Shown piece after piece: positions 31,698 to 42,178 of a DNA stretch of 64,000 nucleotides (position 1 is its first letter; every line of letters begins with the position of its first letter). The stretch is from NCBI GenBank assembly GCA_965198115.1, contig OZ240241.1:1376001-1440000 (forward strand), in the 5' to 3' direction. The notes beneath the pieces are model-generated. The model was not told the origin of the DNA, did no database searches, and was given only the letters and a program-made list of their open reading frames with translations. Origin of the DNA: Candidatus Latescibacterota bacterium (GTDB lineage: Bacteria; Latescibacterota; UBA2968). A program made the translations under genes and the position numbers.

Positions 31698-33692
31698 TTG
31701 AGCCTCCCAGACGCACAGCTTCAGACCGACACCTCTCCCGAAGAACGATCCCGCGTCACCGTCGTCGCCCTCTCCTTCGGCGTGCTCGTGGTGACGTGCG
31801 CCGCGGCTACTTACCTGGAGTTCAAGACCCGCTCGGCCCACCTGGCCATGTCGAACCTGCCTCTGGTGGTGCTGATCCCTTTCGTCATCGCCCTGACGCT
31901 CAACGTCCTGCTCAAACGCTTTCTTCCGCGACTGTCACTTACGAGCAGGGAACTCCGGTTGCTTCTGTCGATTCTCTGGGTCGGGGGATCGTTCGCGGGA
32001 TACAACTGGGCGACGCAGTGGGTGGGCACGATGGTTGCCCCTCGCTACTACGCATCGCCGGAAAACCGTTGGGCAGAGCTGTTCTTCGATCACCTGCCGT
32101 GGTGGATGTACCCGACCAACCTGCCCGGCGTCGAAGAGCAATTCTATCTGGGTGCGTCCGAGCCAGGCCTGCTGTGGCCGGCGTGGATCGCGCCGCTCTT
32201 CTGGGCCTCAGCGACGGGCCTCGCGATGATGAGCATCGGTGTCGGGGTGACCGCCATCTTCCAGCGTCAGTGGACCGATCACGAGCGCCTGACATATCCC
32301 TTGGCGGAAGTGCCGCTCGCCCTGACCGTCGGTTTCGATCGGGAACGCGGGTGGGCGCCTTTCCTGGAGTCGCGCGTCTTCTGGATCGGCTTTGCCATCG
32401 CCGCCTTCCCCCTGCTCTGGAACCTGATCGAGTACTTCGTCTCGGCGTTTCCCCGCATCGCCCTGTGGGACCCGTACTGGAGGCCGACCGGCCCGCGGGC
32501 GATCATGATCCGATTCTTGCGCGGGTTCTCCTACCGGCTTCTGCCCACGGTGATGGGATTCACCTTCCTGTGCGACCTGAACATCCTGTTCAGCATCTGG
32601 TCGCTGTATCTGGTCGGCATGGTCTTCCAGTACGGGATGGCGCGCGTCGGATTTTCGGTTGGCATGGCCGGGCAGGAGGCGAACCCCACCAAGATCACGG
32701 GTCTGTTCAGTCACGGCGTGATGATCGGGCTCGTCGTCTGGTCGGTCTGGACCGCCCGTGGACATCTCCGCCGCATCTGGCATCAGGCCCGGAGGGGCGA
32801 ACCAGGCAACACCGTCTTCCTCTCGCCCCGCGCCGCACTCGTCACCACCGCCGCCGGCGGCACCTTTATGATCTTCTGGCTCTGCGCCGCCGGCATCGTC
32901 CTCTGGCTGGCCGTCCTGTGGGTCGTACTGTTCTGGGCGAGCATCCTGCTTGTCATGAAGTTTCTCGTAGCCAGTGGGTTCGCCTACCTCTTCCCGAAGT
33001 TCGGAACCACGGCCACGAGCCCGAACCCGATGGGGGTCTCCGAGATTCCCACGATGTGGACGGGCACGACGGGCATGTCCGAGACGTCGCTCGTCGGATC
33101 GGGTGTCGTTGGCTGGCGGCTACTCTCCGGATGGCGGCTACCACCAGCGCTCCCCCACGTCGAGCGACTGATCGGACCGAAACGTGTGGTGACGCGGTTG
33201 ATCACCGCGGCGACTTTGACGGGCATCCTGGCGGGCGCCTGCTACACGATTCACCTGTGCTATCAGGAAGGGGGCGCGACGTTCGAGGCCTGGTCGCTTC
33301 TCGGTGCACCGCGAGGTCTCTATAACGGCATCGCGACCACGGTGGCAGAAACGCGCACCGTTCCTGACCCGGAGAAGACCTTCGTGTGGCTGTTTGGTAT
33401 GGGAGCCGCTGGGGCGATCACCCTGGCTCAGTCGCGTATCACCTGGTGGCCGTGGCACCCGATAGGGCTGCTGACGATGTTCGACAGTCCGGTTCGAGTC
33501 CACGAGGTGGGCATCTTCATCGTGTGGCTCGCGAAGGTCACCGTCCTGCGCCTGGGCGGCATCGGACTGTATCGGAGGGCGAAGCCCTGCGCCTACGGAC
33601 TTATCGTGGGGTTTGTTTTCGCCATCGCCGTTGCGTGCACCGTGGACCTGATCTGGTTTCCCGATGGCGGGCATTACGTGCACGGGTATTAG
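31698..33692 (+). CDS. Polytopic membrane protein, DUF6785/DUF6784 (OPT-like) type
   Basis: QWTDHERLTYPL, WWPWHPIG and GGIGLYRRAKP...GLIVG, with many TM segments. Confidence 0.8.
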   Translation: MSLPDAQLQTDTSPEERSRVTVVALSFGVLVVTCAAATYLEFKTRSAHLAMSNLPLVVLIPFVIALTLNVLLKRFLPRLSLTSRELRLLLSILWVGGSFAGYNWATQWVGTMVAPRYYASPENRWAELFFDHLPWWMYPTNLPGVEEQFYLGASEPGLLWPAWIAPLFWASATGLAMMSIGVGVTAIFQRQWTDHERLTYPLAEVPLALTVGFDRERGWAPFLESRVFWIGFAIAAFPLLWNLIEYFVSAFPRIALWDPYWRPTGPRAIMIRFLRGFSYRLLPTVMGFTFLCDLNILFSIWSLYLVGMVFQYGMARVGFSVGMAGQEANPTKITGLFSHGVMIGLVVWSVWTARGHLRRIWHQARRGEPGNTVFLSPRAALVTTAAGGTFMIFWLCAAGIVLWLAVLWVVLFWASILLVMKFLVASGFAYLFPKFGTTATSPNPMGVSEIPTMWTGTTGMSETSLVGSGVVGWRLLSGWRLPPALPHVERLIGPKRVVTRLITAATLTGILAGACYTIHLCYQEGGATFEAWSLLGAPRGLYNGIATTVAETRTVPDPEKTFVWLFGMGAAGAITLAQSRITWWPWHPIGLLTMFDSPVRVHEVGIFIVWLAKVTVLRLGGIGLYRRAKPCAYGLIVGFVFAIAVACTVDLIWFPDGGHYVHGY

Positions 33693-33790
33693 GAGTGTTC
33701 ACGGTGCGGCGGGACGACTTTCTTCTCGAGATCCCGGCCGGGGGCCTGCCGGGATGACAGAGAAGCGCCTTTCTAGTCAATAGCGACCTG

Positions 33791-33884
33791 GTCATCCTGA
33801 GCGGAGTCGAAGGGCGTCCAGGTCGCCCAACGCCGACACTTCGACGAAGTTTATCCTGAGCGCAGCCGAAGGGCTCAGTGTGAC
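33791..33884. repeat. REP-like palindromic intergenic repeat
   Basis: gtcatcctgagcggagtcgaagg...cttcgac...tcctgagcgcagccgaagggctcagtgtgac, between convergent genes. Confidence 0.6.
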
Positions 33885-33915
33885 GGCGCATCTCGGCGAC
33901 AGCCACGTCAGAATT

Positions 33916-34140
33916 TCAGACCGAGTATTTCTTCAGCTTCTCTCGATCGATCTCCACACCCAGTCCCGGCGCATCCGGAATGGCCACCATCCCGTCCTTC
34001 AGCTCGAAGGGGGTCGGCGACAGATCCGTACGGAGACCGTTTTCCATCACATCCAGTTCGAGATAGGCGGGAAACGGGTTCAGCGCTTCCGGTTCGTCGG
34101 GAATCGTCGCGATCCACTGGAGCGTCGCCGCGAGCCGAAC
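33916..34140 (-). pseudogene. Mandelate racemase/enolase superfamily C-terminal fragment
   Basis: LELDVMENGLR...DGMVAIPDAPGLGVEID. Confidence 0.7.
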
Positions 34141-34407
34141 CACAGTGCTCACGACAGGCGCTCCCTCCTTTACAAGTACACCGAACGCGCCGCCGCAAGA
34201 GACGTGGGGGGATACTTCACGCCTCAAGAACGCTACGGTGACTGGGTCAACGAGCTTACCCTGGAACAAAAGGCCGTCCTTTACGGCCCTGGCCGCCATA
34301 CGGCCGGCAAGCCACTCCCCTACCTCGAATCCGACGGAAAGAAAACCTGGAGTTCCGGCGAACACATCGGCCAAGATGTCCGAGGCGGAACCGTCAAGAA
34401 ATCATAG
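34141..34407 (+). pseudogene. PhyH-family C-terminal fragment
   Basis: HDRRSLLYKY...FTPQERYGDWVNELT.EQ.AVLYGPG, closely matching the 10349 gene. Confidence 0.75.
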
Positions 34408-34551
34408 ACATATCCAGACGGCGAAACGGCTCGAGTACTCATCGACACTCGAGCCGTTTCGCCGTTCTTCCTGACGCCTGAACACTGGCAACCTAAGTTT
34501 GGGCCGTCTCCGCTCCTCAATGCTCAGAAACGCCTCGCCAACACCTTCCTA

Positions 34552-35235
34552 CTACCGAACCAACACCCCTATTTCCCTCGGCTCCGCATCGCAGTACCAG
34601 ATCTCCCCGTTGTCCCGAACCGTCATGCCGTGCACCTCTTCCGGTTCGTTCACGCGGAACACGTCATAGATCCGACCGTCCTTTTCTGTATCCATCAGCA
34701 TCACGGTCCCGGCCGACGTGTCGGACACCCACAGCCTGCCGTCTTCGTTCCATCCGATACCGTGGGCGCGAAGGCCGGCCGATGGGAACGTGGCAACTTC
34801 CTCCCACGTTTTTGCATCCATCACGTGGACTCTCTGGGTCGGGGGACTTGCCACGTAGACCTTCCCATCACGAAACTCCAGCCCGTGGGCGCCCGACTCC
34901 TTCGTTTCTCCAATCAGCTCACGACCGACCGTTATCCCCCGCCCGGGATCTGGATACCGCTCGATCGTCTTTCCCGTCTCAGGGTCGACCTTGACGATCT
35001 CCAACTGGTAGGTCGACGCGATCCAGACGGCGTCGTCGCCGAGCGTAATGCCACTCGAATGCTCGGTATCGGTATCCATCTCGTGAAGCGTCTCACCCGT
35101 GTCCCAGTCCAGCTTGTGGACTTTCAGGTTCACCTGGTCGATCACCCACAACCCGTCTTCCGCCGCTTGGATCCCGTTGGGCTGAGGACCCGGACTCTGG
35201 AACCGTTTGTCTACGCTTGCCGTATACATCGCCAT
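34552..35235 (-). CDS. Beta-propeller protein (glutamine cyclotransferase/Vgb-like)
   Basis: PGPQPNGI, HGLE, HGIGW and HGMT blade repeats. ATG at 35235 with RBS gaggag. Confidence 0.7.
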   Translation of the reverse strand: MAMYTASVDKRFQSPGPQPNGIQAAEDGLWVIDQVNLKVHKLDWDTGETLHEMDTDTEHSSGITLGDDAVWIASTYQLEIVKVDPETGKTIERYPDPGRGITVGRELIGETKESGAHGLEFRDGKVYVASPPTQRVHVMDAKTWEEVATFPSAGLRAHGIGWNEDGRLWVSDTSAGTVMLMDTEKDGRIYDVFRVNEPEEVHGMTVRDNGEIWYCDAEPREIGVLVR

Positions 35236-35585
35236 CTCGCTCTCCTCATCGTTCGTGGGAAGGACACGCCAAGATGCAGCAACCGGCAACTGAAGGTCAA
35301 CCTTAATCCGGAAACGTGGTAAATCATAACGGCGTGTCAGAGACACATCTCATTCCCGCCTACTCTGACCCGGCCAATCGCGATCAGGACTGTGGCCATT
35401 GTTACCCCCTGGATTTCCTCCATTTGTACGATCTCTAATTTGAGCCCGCGTGGGTTGTCGGTAGCCACCACCATTGACTCACCACCTTCCCGCTTTCCGA
35501 CAAGACTTAACCTGTTGTTAATAACTCTCAAAAGCGAGAATTCCTGCTAATTTCCCGCATTCGAGACTACCACGTTCTTTTGTTT

Positions 35586-37035
35586 CATAGAACCTCCTGT
35601 TTCTTCACTATAGGATTCTATCACCAGTTACGAGCTATAATCAAAAGGTGTGGAAAAAGAGAAAGGGCGACCCTACCCTTCCCGTGAGATAGTTGATTCA
35701 CACAAAACCGGGTGAGAGGCCCGGTTGGGAAGGAGGATCGCCGTGAAGGAACATACGCATAGAGCCCCATTGAAGTCCATGCCGACGTGGGAGACGGTTG
35801 ACGATTGGATCCGTGAAGAGATCCAGGGCCGGTTCCAGTCCATTCTGGAGGAGGAGGCGACCGCGTTCTTGGGCCGGTCGTGGTATGAGCGCCGAGCCGA
35901 GGTCGATAGCTCCAGGGGCTACAGGAACGGCTACGGCAAGCCCCGGCGTCTCTCGACGAGCTGCGGAACGATCAAGGTCCGGCGTCCCCGGGTTCGTGGT
36001 CTGGAAGAGCGGTTTGAAAGCCGCATCCTCCCCCTGTTCGCCCGGAGAACCAGGGCCATTGGAGATCTGCTTCCCGACCTTTATCTCCACGGTCTCTCCC
36101 AGGGCGACTTCGAGTTGTCTTTGCGTGCGCTGCTCGGTGATGGCGCGCCGCTTTCGCCGACCTCGATCGCTCGTCGCTTCGAGGGAAGTGGGAGGTCGAC
36201 TTCCAGGACTGGAAAGAAAGGCGTCTGGATAATCGCGAACTGGTCTACGCCTGGGCTGATGGCATCTACGTCAAAGCCGGGCTCGAGCGCGAGAAGGCGT
36301 GTCTGCTGGTCGTGATCGGCGCGATGAGCGACGGCAGCAAGGAGATCCTGGCGATAGAACCCGGTTATCGAGAGTCTACAGAATCCTGGCTCACGGTGCT
36401 CCGGGATCTCCGGGATCGCGGGCTCGAACATCCTGTCCTGATCGCCGCGGACGGGAATATGGGCATCTGGGCGGCCGTTGATCAGGTCTGGCCAGAGAGC
36501 CGGCAACAACGGTGCTGGAACCACAAGATCCTCAACGTGCTCGACAAGGTCGCCAAGCGTGCACAGGCTGAAGCCCGCGCACTGCTCGTCCAGATCCCCT
36601 ATGCCGGCACGAAAAAGGAGGCCGAGAAGCTCCGGAAACGCTTTGCCGCACGGTATCGCTCACAGTTCCCTGCCGCCGTGGAGACGCTCGAAAGAGACTG
36701 GGATCGGATGGTCACGTTCTACGACTTCCCGAAGGAACACTGGAAACACCTGAGAACCACGAACGTCGTCGAGAGCCCCTTTGCTTCCGTTCGGCTTCGC
36801 ACAAACGCCGCCAGGCGATTCAAGAAAGTCAGGAACGCCACGACTCTCATCTGGCGTACGCTCAAGGTCGCAGAGAGCCGATTCAGGAAACTCACCGCGC
36901 CACACTTGCTACAACAAGTCTACGATCAGAAACACTCAACCGAACCGCAGGTCGAAGCCGGGAAGATGGCCGCCTGATTTCTTTTACACACCTATTGACC
37001 TGAGCTCCCAGTTACACGGTTAATCTTACACACTC
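35586..37035 (-). mobile_element. Isolated left end of IS256-B (about 65 bp), interrupted by IS256-A copy 4
   Basis: 35586-35631 plus 37016-37035 is identical to 9446-9511. Confidence 0.75.
35632..37007 (+). mobile_element. IS256-A copy 4, transposase frameshifted (+2 near 36175)
   Basis: IRs present, 8-bp TSD ccagttac, ORFs 35725-36315 and 36312-36977. Confidence 0.95.
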
Positions 37036-37132
37036 TTTGTTTCTACGACCAGACCGGCATCGAGACCCACTTGTTAACCCATGCGCTACACATCCACACT
37101 GACCGATCATCGCCGCCTTGTTAGCCCCCACG

Positions 37133-37513
37133 TTACACATCGTAATAATCCCGTAACGACTCCCACAACACCTCATTCGGCTTCGCAAACGGATGCCGCT
37201 CAACGACGCTGCCAAGCGCCTCCTTGAGCGCCGCCACCGAAAACGTCACGGAGCGGCTCGTGCCAGCAGCACACGCGGCCATCACCGCACGGCCCTCTGC
37301 CTTGTGTCGGAGAATGAACTCAACGCCCCGTCGCAGCACCGAGCCCCTGAGCGGCACATCATCCTCGACCGGCAAGTAGAGCGTCTCGATGCCCTCGTGA
37401 TCGACCGGCTCCAGGAGCGCGAGTAGCGCCCCCACGCCAATGGCTACCAGCAGCGTCCGATCTCGGGCGTCATCGAAGTTGCCGACGCTCAGCCACGGTC
37501 TGATCACGTTCAC
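37133..37513 (-). CDS. Dual-specificity phosphatase family protein (possibly degraded)
   Basis: CX5R motif [14 protein letters not shown] loop and KPN. Confidence 0.7.
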   Translation of the reverse strand: MNVIRPWLSVGNFDDARDRTLLVAIGVGALLALLEPVDHEGIETLYLPVEDDVPLRGSVLRRGVEFILRHKAEGRAVMAACAAGTSRSVTFSVAALKEALGSVVERHPFAKPNEVLWESLRDYYDV

Positions 37514-37519
37514 CGGATG

Positions 37520-37800
37520 TGCCGATATGGTCTGCCCACCTCGCTCTCTACTCCAATCGACCCACCGAGTAGTTCAGCGAACTTCTTCGTAATCGATAGC
37601 CCCAGCCCCGTCCCCTTCTGCACACTGCTCTCCGACCCTTCGGCCTGACGGTATTCGTCGAAGATGGTGGGTAGTTCCTCAGCGGGGATGCCCTTGCCGG
37701 TGTCGGTGAACTTGATGGCGTTGCTCAGCATCTGCTGAAGCCGTGCCTTGTCCGTATTTGCCTCGCTGAGGTCGTCGGCCACGTCTTGGCGTAGCGTGAC
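37520..37800 (-). pseudogene. Histidine kinase HATPase fragment with internal deletions
   Basis: [14 protein letters not shown] and GTGLGLSI, with the intervening residues missing. Confidence 0.8.
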
Positions 37801-37809
37801 ACCCATAAG

Positions 37810-37868
37810 CCCTGGAACGATGCGATCTCGACTTGCGGCATTTGGCGCCAACACACCATGATAACGAG
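37810..37868 (-). mobile_element. About 60-bp fragment of the IS91/ISCR transposase gene
   Basis: Encodes [19 protein letters not shown] and matches 43972-44020. Confidence 0.7.
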
Positions 37869-37942
37869 TTCAAAGTTCAAAGTTTCCCACCCCGGTCTTT
37901 ACCTTGAACCTTGAACTTTGAACCTTGAACCCGGAGGATTGT

Positions 37943-38999
37943 ATGGCCGAACAGTTGAAGATCGGGATGATCGGCTGCGGGGGGATCAGCGGCTCCCACT
38001 TGCCGAATATCCTGAAGACACCGGAGATGCGCCTGATCGCCACCATGGATTTGGTGGAGGAGGCCGAGCGGCCGGATGGACGGCGGTACGGAGCCCGGGT
38101 GCGTGCCGAGGAGGGGAATGCCGAGTATTACACCACGGATATGGACCGGGTGCTTTCAGACCCGGACATCGATGCGGTGATGATCTTTTCTACCCACACC
38201 ACCCATGCCGATATCGTCCTCAAGGCCTGTGCCGCAGGCAAGCATATCTTCGCGGAGAAGCCGCTGGCGATGACGCTGGACGAGGCGCGGCGGGTCCAGA
38301 AGGCGGTGCACGAGTCGGGGGTGAAGCTGATGAGCGGGTGGTGGTTCAAGCATTCGCCGGTGACCAAACGGCTGCGCGAGGTGATCCCTCAGCCATACAC
38401 TATTCTCTTTACCTGCCGGGTCTCGAAGCCGGAGTATCGAGAGCCGGACGATCCGGACGGTCCCTACGGCCGCGACGGCATTCTGGACAATTCGGGGTAC
38501 AATCTGTACTGGATCTGGCATGTGATGCGGTCGCAGCCGGTGGAGGTGTTTGCCATGGGCCACGATGGACAGCCCACGAACACCAGTACGATCGTGATCC
38601 GCTTTGAGAACGGCGGGGTGGGGACCTCTTTTTTCAGTACCGTGGGCACCGGGGGGCCCTGCCCAAGCATACGCAGAGGTTCTGGCCGGTCCGGTAAGTG
38701 CGGCCACCCTCCGCTTCGGGAACCTGGTTTTCGAGGGGACCGATGAACCCGGCATTCAGGAGAATGCCTATCACAACGGGTTTGACGGTGAGATGGGGAT
38801 GTTTGCCCGGCTGTGTCTGGAGGATGGGCCGAATCCGATGGATGCGTGGGAAGCCTGCATCCCGACGTTGATTTTTGAGAAAGCGGTGGAATCTATGCGC
38901 ACGCATCAGCCGGCGCCGGTGGATATCCGGGAGGCGTTTTACCTGCCCGACGGCAAGTTGCCGGACAGCATTGAGCGGTTCGGCGATGCGGGAGGGTAG
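37943..38999 (+). pseudogene. Gfo/Idh/MocA oxidoreductase, frameshift near 38660
   Basis: GMIGCGGI and EKP. The C-terminus is in ORF 38604-38999. Confidence 0.8.
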
Positions 39000-39001
39000 A
39001 C

Positions 39002-39940
39002 ATGCCGTGCTTCTCCGTTGAAGACGAGGTCGTTTCCCTGCCGAGGGGAGCCTGGGCCAGGTCCCACCGGCTGAATGTGCGCTGGCGCGGGCGAGATATC
39101 GCCTCTCTGAGCCAGGGGGCATTCCGCGCCTACCTCTTTCCCGTGTATACTCCCGCCGGCTTTGCCGTGACGACTGAGAGTCCCGTGGACCACCCGCACC
39201 ACAACTCGCTCTGGGTCGGCGCCGACCACGTAGACTGCCGGTTGCCCTTTTCTACGGATGCCTACGAAGAGGCGACTTATAACTTCTACGTCAACGAGAC
39301 GTTTCAGGGCCGCGCTCCAGGACGTATCCTGAGCAGGTCGGTGGAGCACACGGAGGTGTCGGAGAACCACCTCCGGCTGATTCAGACGCTCCACTGGCAG
39401 GGTCCGGGCGAGTGGGCTGCGCCAGAGGGACGCATCCTGATTGCCGAGACCCGGACGATCGATATCTATCCGGGCGAGGCGGTCAATCTGATCGATATCC
39501 GTTCGCAGCTGCGACCGACCGATTGGGACATCCGCATCGGTCCAACCCGGCACGCCTATTTCGGGGTGCGCATGGCCGAAGCGCTGCGGGTGACCGGCGG
39601 GGCAACCCTGACCGATTCTGCCGGCCGTTCCGGCGGCGAGGCGATTTCCGGGCGGTGCGCCGACTGGGCGGACTGTTCGGGGCCGGTTGCGGCCGGTCGG
39701 CAGGCGGGTGTGGCCCTGTTTCCCTATCCCCCTTCGGGCAGTGGGACCTGGTTCGTTTCCGACTGGGGGCTCCTGGCGGTGAACCCGTTTGCGAAAAGGC
39801 GAAAGGAGATCGATCGAAACGAGGTGTACGATCTGGCCGTACGGGTTGTCGTGCACGACGGCGATGTGGAGGAGGCAGACGTTGAGGGGTGCTACCGGTC
39901 TTTTGCCGAGGTGTTGAACCGATCGGCTGACGTCACGTAA
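39002..39940 (+). CDS. PmoA-like/DUF6807 family protein
   Basis: YLFPVYTPAG...VT...P.DHPHHNSLW, FGVRMA, ADWADCSG and WG...NPF. Confidence 0.8.
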   Translation: MPCFSVEDEVVSLPRGAWARSHRLNVRWRGRDIASLSQGAFRAYLFPVYTPAGFAVTTESPVDHPHHNSLWVGADHVDCRLPFSTDAYEEATYNFYVNETFQGRAPGRILSRSVEHTEVSENHLRLIQTLHWQGPGEWAAPEGRILIAETRTIDIYPGEAVNLIDIRSQLRPTDWDIRIGPTRHAYFGVRMAEALRVTGGATLTDSAGRSGGEAISGRCADWADCSGPVAAGRQAGVALFPYPPSGSGTWFVSDWGLLAVNPFAKRRKEIDRNEVYDLAVRVVVHDGDVEEADVEGCYRSFAEVLNRSADVT

Positions 39941-39953
39941 GGAGGCTGAGAAT

Positions 39954-40727
39954 ATGAAGATTGTGCGATACAGCGCCAATGGGGATGCCTGTTACGGTAT
40001 TCTGGAGGAAGATGGGAGGATTCGCCAGCTTGCGGGTTCTCCCTTCGAGAGCCTCGATACCGGCGATGTGGTCACGCACCTGGACCGGGTGCGCGTGCTG
40101 GCGCCGGTGGAAGCCCCCAGGGTGATCGGGGTGGGCCTGAACTATGCCGCGCACGCCCGGGAAGGCGGGCACGAGCCGCCCCCTTTCCCCATGCTGTTTA
40201 TGAAACCTTCGACCGGGGTGATCGGCCCGGAAGAGCCGATTGTCTATCCGCACCAGGGGGAGGAGATCCATTACGAGTGTGAGCTGGCCGTTGTGATCGG
40301 AAAGCCGGCCCGGAGGGTGCCGGATGCGGAGGCCCTGGACTGCGTGCTGGGCTACACCTGCGGCAACGATGTGAGCGAACGGGTGATTCAGCGGTCTGAA
40401 ATGGCCATGGGCTGTATGCTCATCGGGAAGGGGTTCGATACCTTCTGCCCGCTCGGTCCGGCGATTGCAACCGGTCTGGATCCAACCGATCTGGATGTGT
40501 CCACCCGGCTGAACGGCGAGGTGAAGCAGCAGGCCAATACGTCCGATCTGCTGTTCCCGGTGGCCCGGCTGATCTCCTACATCAGCGAGGCGATGACCCT
40601 CCTGCCCGGGGATGTGATCATGACCGGTACTCCGTCCGGGGTGGGTCCGTTTGCCCCCGGCGACACCATCGAAATCGAGATTTCAGGGATCGGAACGCTG
40701 CGCAACCCGGTGGTTGCCGAGGAGTGA
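39954..40727 (+). CDS. Fumarylacetoacetate hydrolase family protein
   Basis: VGLNYAAH, YECELAVVIG, NDVS, GKGFDTFCPLGP and TGTPSGVG. Confidence 0.93.
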   Translation: MKIVRYSANGDACYGILEEDGRIRQLAGSPFESLDTGDVVTHLDRVRVLAPVEAPRVIGVGLNYAAHAREGGHEPPPFPMLFMKPSTGVIGPEEPIVYPHQGEEIHYECELAVVIGKPARRVPDAEALDCVLGYTCGNDVSERVIQRSEMAMGCMLIGKGFDTFCPLGPAIATGLDPTDLDVSTRLNGEVKQQANTSDLLFPVARLISYISEAMTLLPGDVIMTGTPSGVGPFAPGDTIEIEISGIGTLRNPVVAEE

Positions 40728-40734
40728 GCGTGAG

Positions 40735-40894
40735 ATGCTGCCGAATTTTCTGCATATCGGGGCTGCCAAGTGCGCCTCCACCTTGAGTGGATCGGGTACG
40801 ACGTCACTCACCCTTGCTTGCGGCTATCGTTCTCTCCAGCAGGGCGAGCCGCTGAAGCGCAGCCCCGTATTCCCCAGTGTCGTATACTCCATTT
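40735..40894. pseudogene. Head-to-head stubs: sulfotransferase N-terminus (+) and aldo/keto reductase N-terminus (-)
   Basis: MLPNFLHIGAAKCAST (PAPS loop) and MEYTTLGNTGLR, both cut short. Confidence 0.6.
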
Positions 40895-40909
40895 GCACCT
40901 TCTCGTCTA

Positions 40910-41905
40910 TCAGGCCTCGTGCAATCCCGCCGCCCGCAACACCGTCTCCTGCACTATAAATTCGTGGTCGAGCGAGCGGTCGGGCGTCTTCTCGCCGCGA
41001 ATATCCGCCACCAACGCGCACAAGCTCTCGACATAGCGCGGACGATTTTCCACCGGCACAGTCTGCCATCCCTTGGCATAGCCATCCCGATCTTCGTCCA
41101 GACAGAGTCGCAGCATGGGTGGCTCAAGCGGCTCCAAGATCACAGTGCCCCGCGTGCCATAGACTTCCAGCCGCCGCGACGCGCCCGATGCAACCTCCAG
41201 CGACGCCGACTCAACCGTAGCCATCGCTCCGCCATATTCAAAAATAGCCGCGGTATTGTCCCGATACCACGGGAATTCATCGTTTTCATTACGCGAAAAA
41301 GAAGTGACGCGGTCGGGCCTACCGAGCAGGGTCACGACGGCGTCGATCAGATGACAGGCGAGAATAAACATAATGCCGCCCTCGCGCTCGCCGCGCGAAT
41401 CCCAGCGTTGCCACGCCGCCTCATCCGACGGGCCGGAGGATATCCGCGCCCGCACGGAAAATATATCGCCCAACTTGCCGCTTTCGGCCCAATCGAAGAC
41501 AAATTGAAAACCCGCGTTGTAGCGGAACATATAGCCCAATTGCACCAGCAGCGTCTTCTCTCGGGCGATGTCGAGCACCGCGCGAAATTCATCCAGGTCG
41601 TCACCGGCGGGCTTGTCGAGCCAGACGTGCTTGCCGTGCTCTAAGGCCCCCCGTGCGAAGGCGAGATTTTCGGATACGCGCCCCTGCGCGGCAATGCCGA
41701 CGATAGTTTCGTCCTCCAGAATCTCTTCTTTTTTAGAAAACCAGTGCACCCCTTCGTAGACCGGATTGGCACCAAGCGTCTCCCGAGCTTCCATGGAAGG
41801 CACGAAGACGCCGCAGAAATCGACCTGATCGCTCGCCTGTAGCACCCGCGCCTTGCCCGCCGCGTGGTCGTGCGAAATGCCGTATTGCGCGAGTTTTATT
41901 TTCAT
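40910..41905 (-). CDS. Gfo/Idh/MocA family oxidoreductase
   Basis: MKIKLAQYG, GKHVWLDKP, GYMFRY and CHLID, with RBS ggaggg. Confidence 0.88.
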   Translation of the reverse strand: MKIKLAQYGISHDHAAGKARVLQASDQVDFCGVFVPSMEARETLGANPVYEGVHWFSKKEEILEDETIVGIAAQGRVSENLAFARGALEHGKHVWLDKPAGDDLDEFRAVLDIAREKTLLVQLGYMFRYNAGFQFVFDWAESGKLGDIFSVRARISSGPSDEAAWQRWDSRGEREGGIMFILACHLIDAVVTLLGRPDRVTSFSRNENDEFPWYRDNTAAIFEYGGAMATVESASLEVASGASRRLEVYGTRGTVILEPLEPPMLRLCLDEDRDGYAKGWQTVPVENRPRYVESLCALVADIRGEKTPDRSLDHEFIVQETVLRAAGLHEA

Positions 41906-42178
41906 TTCACACCCTCCTTTATAGGCCCAGTGGAAATCGCAGAAATCGCCGTCCTCCCACAGCATCTACGCCATCATCGTCCAACTGCGATCCGCAAGCG
42001 GCAACTCGATCTTCTCCCCCCCACGTCGGGCCGCCCTCGAGGTCTATTGAGCGCACGTCTGTATTACGCTTCGACGTTCCCGGTCTCTCATTGTGCGTGT
42101 CTAACAACGTTCAAATCTGAAGCGTGGGCGTTCGCGCCTCAAGATCTCTCCCTTTCGACTCCCGTCATCATTCGTGTG

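Noticed and set aside
37866-37930. Heptamer repeats (accttga / gttcaaa), with similar ones at 13485-13570
   Set aside because: Short intergenic simple repeats with no supportable function.
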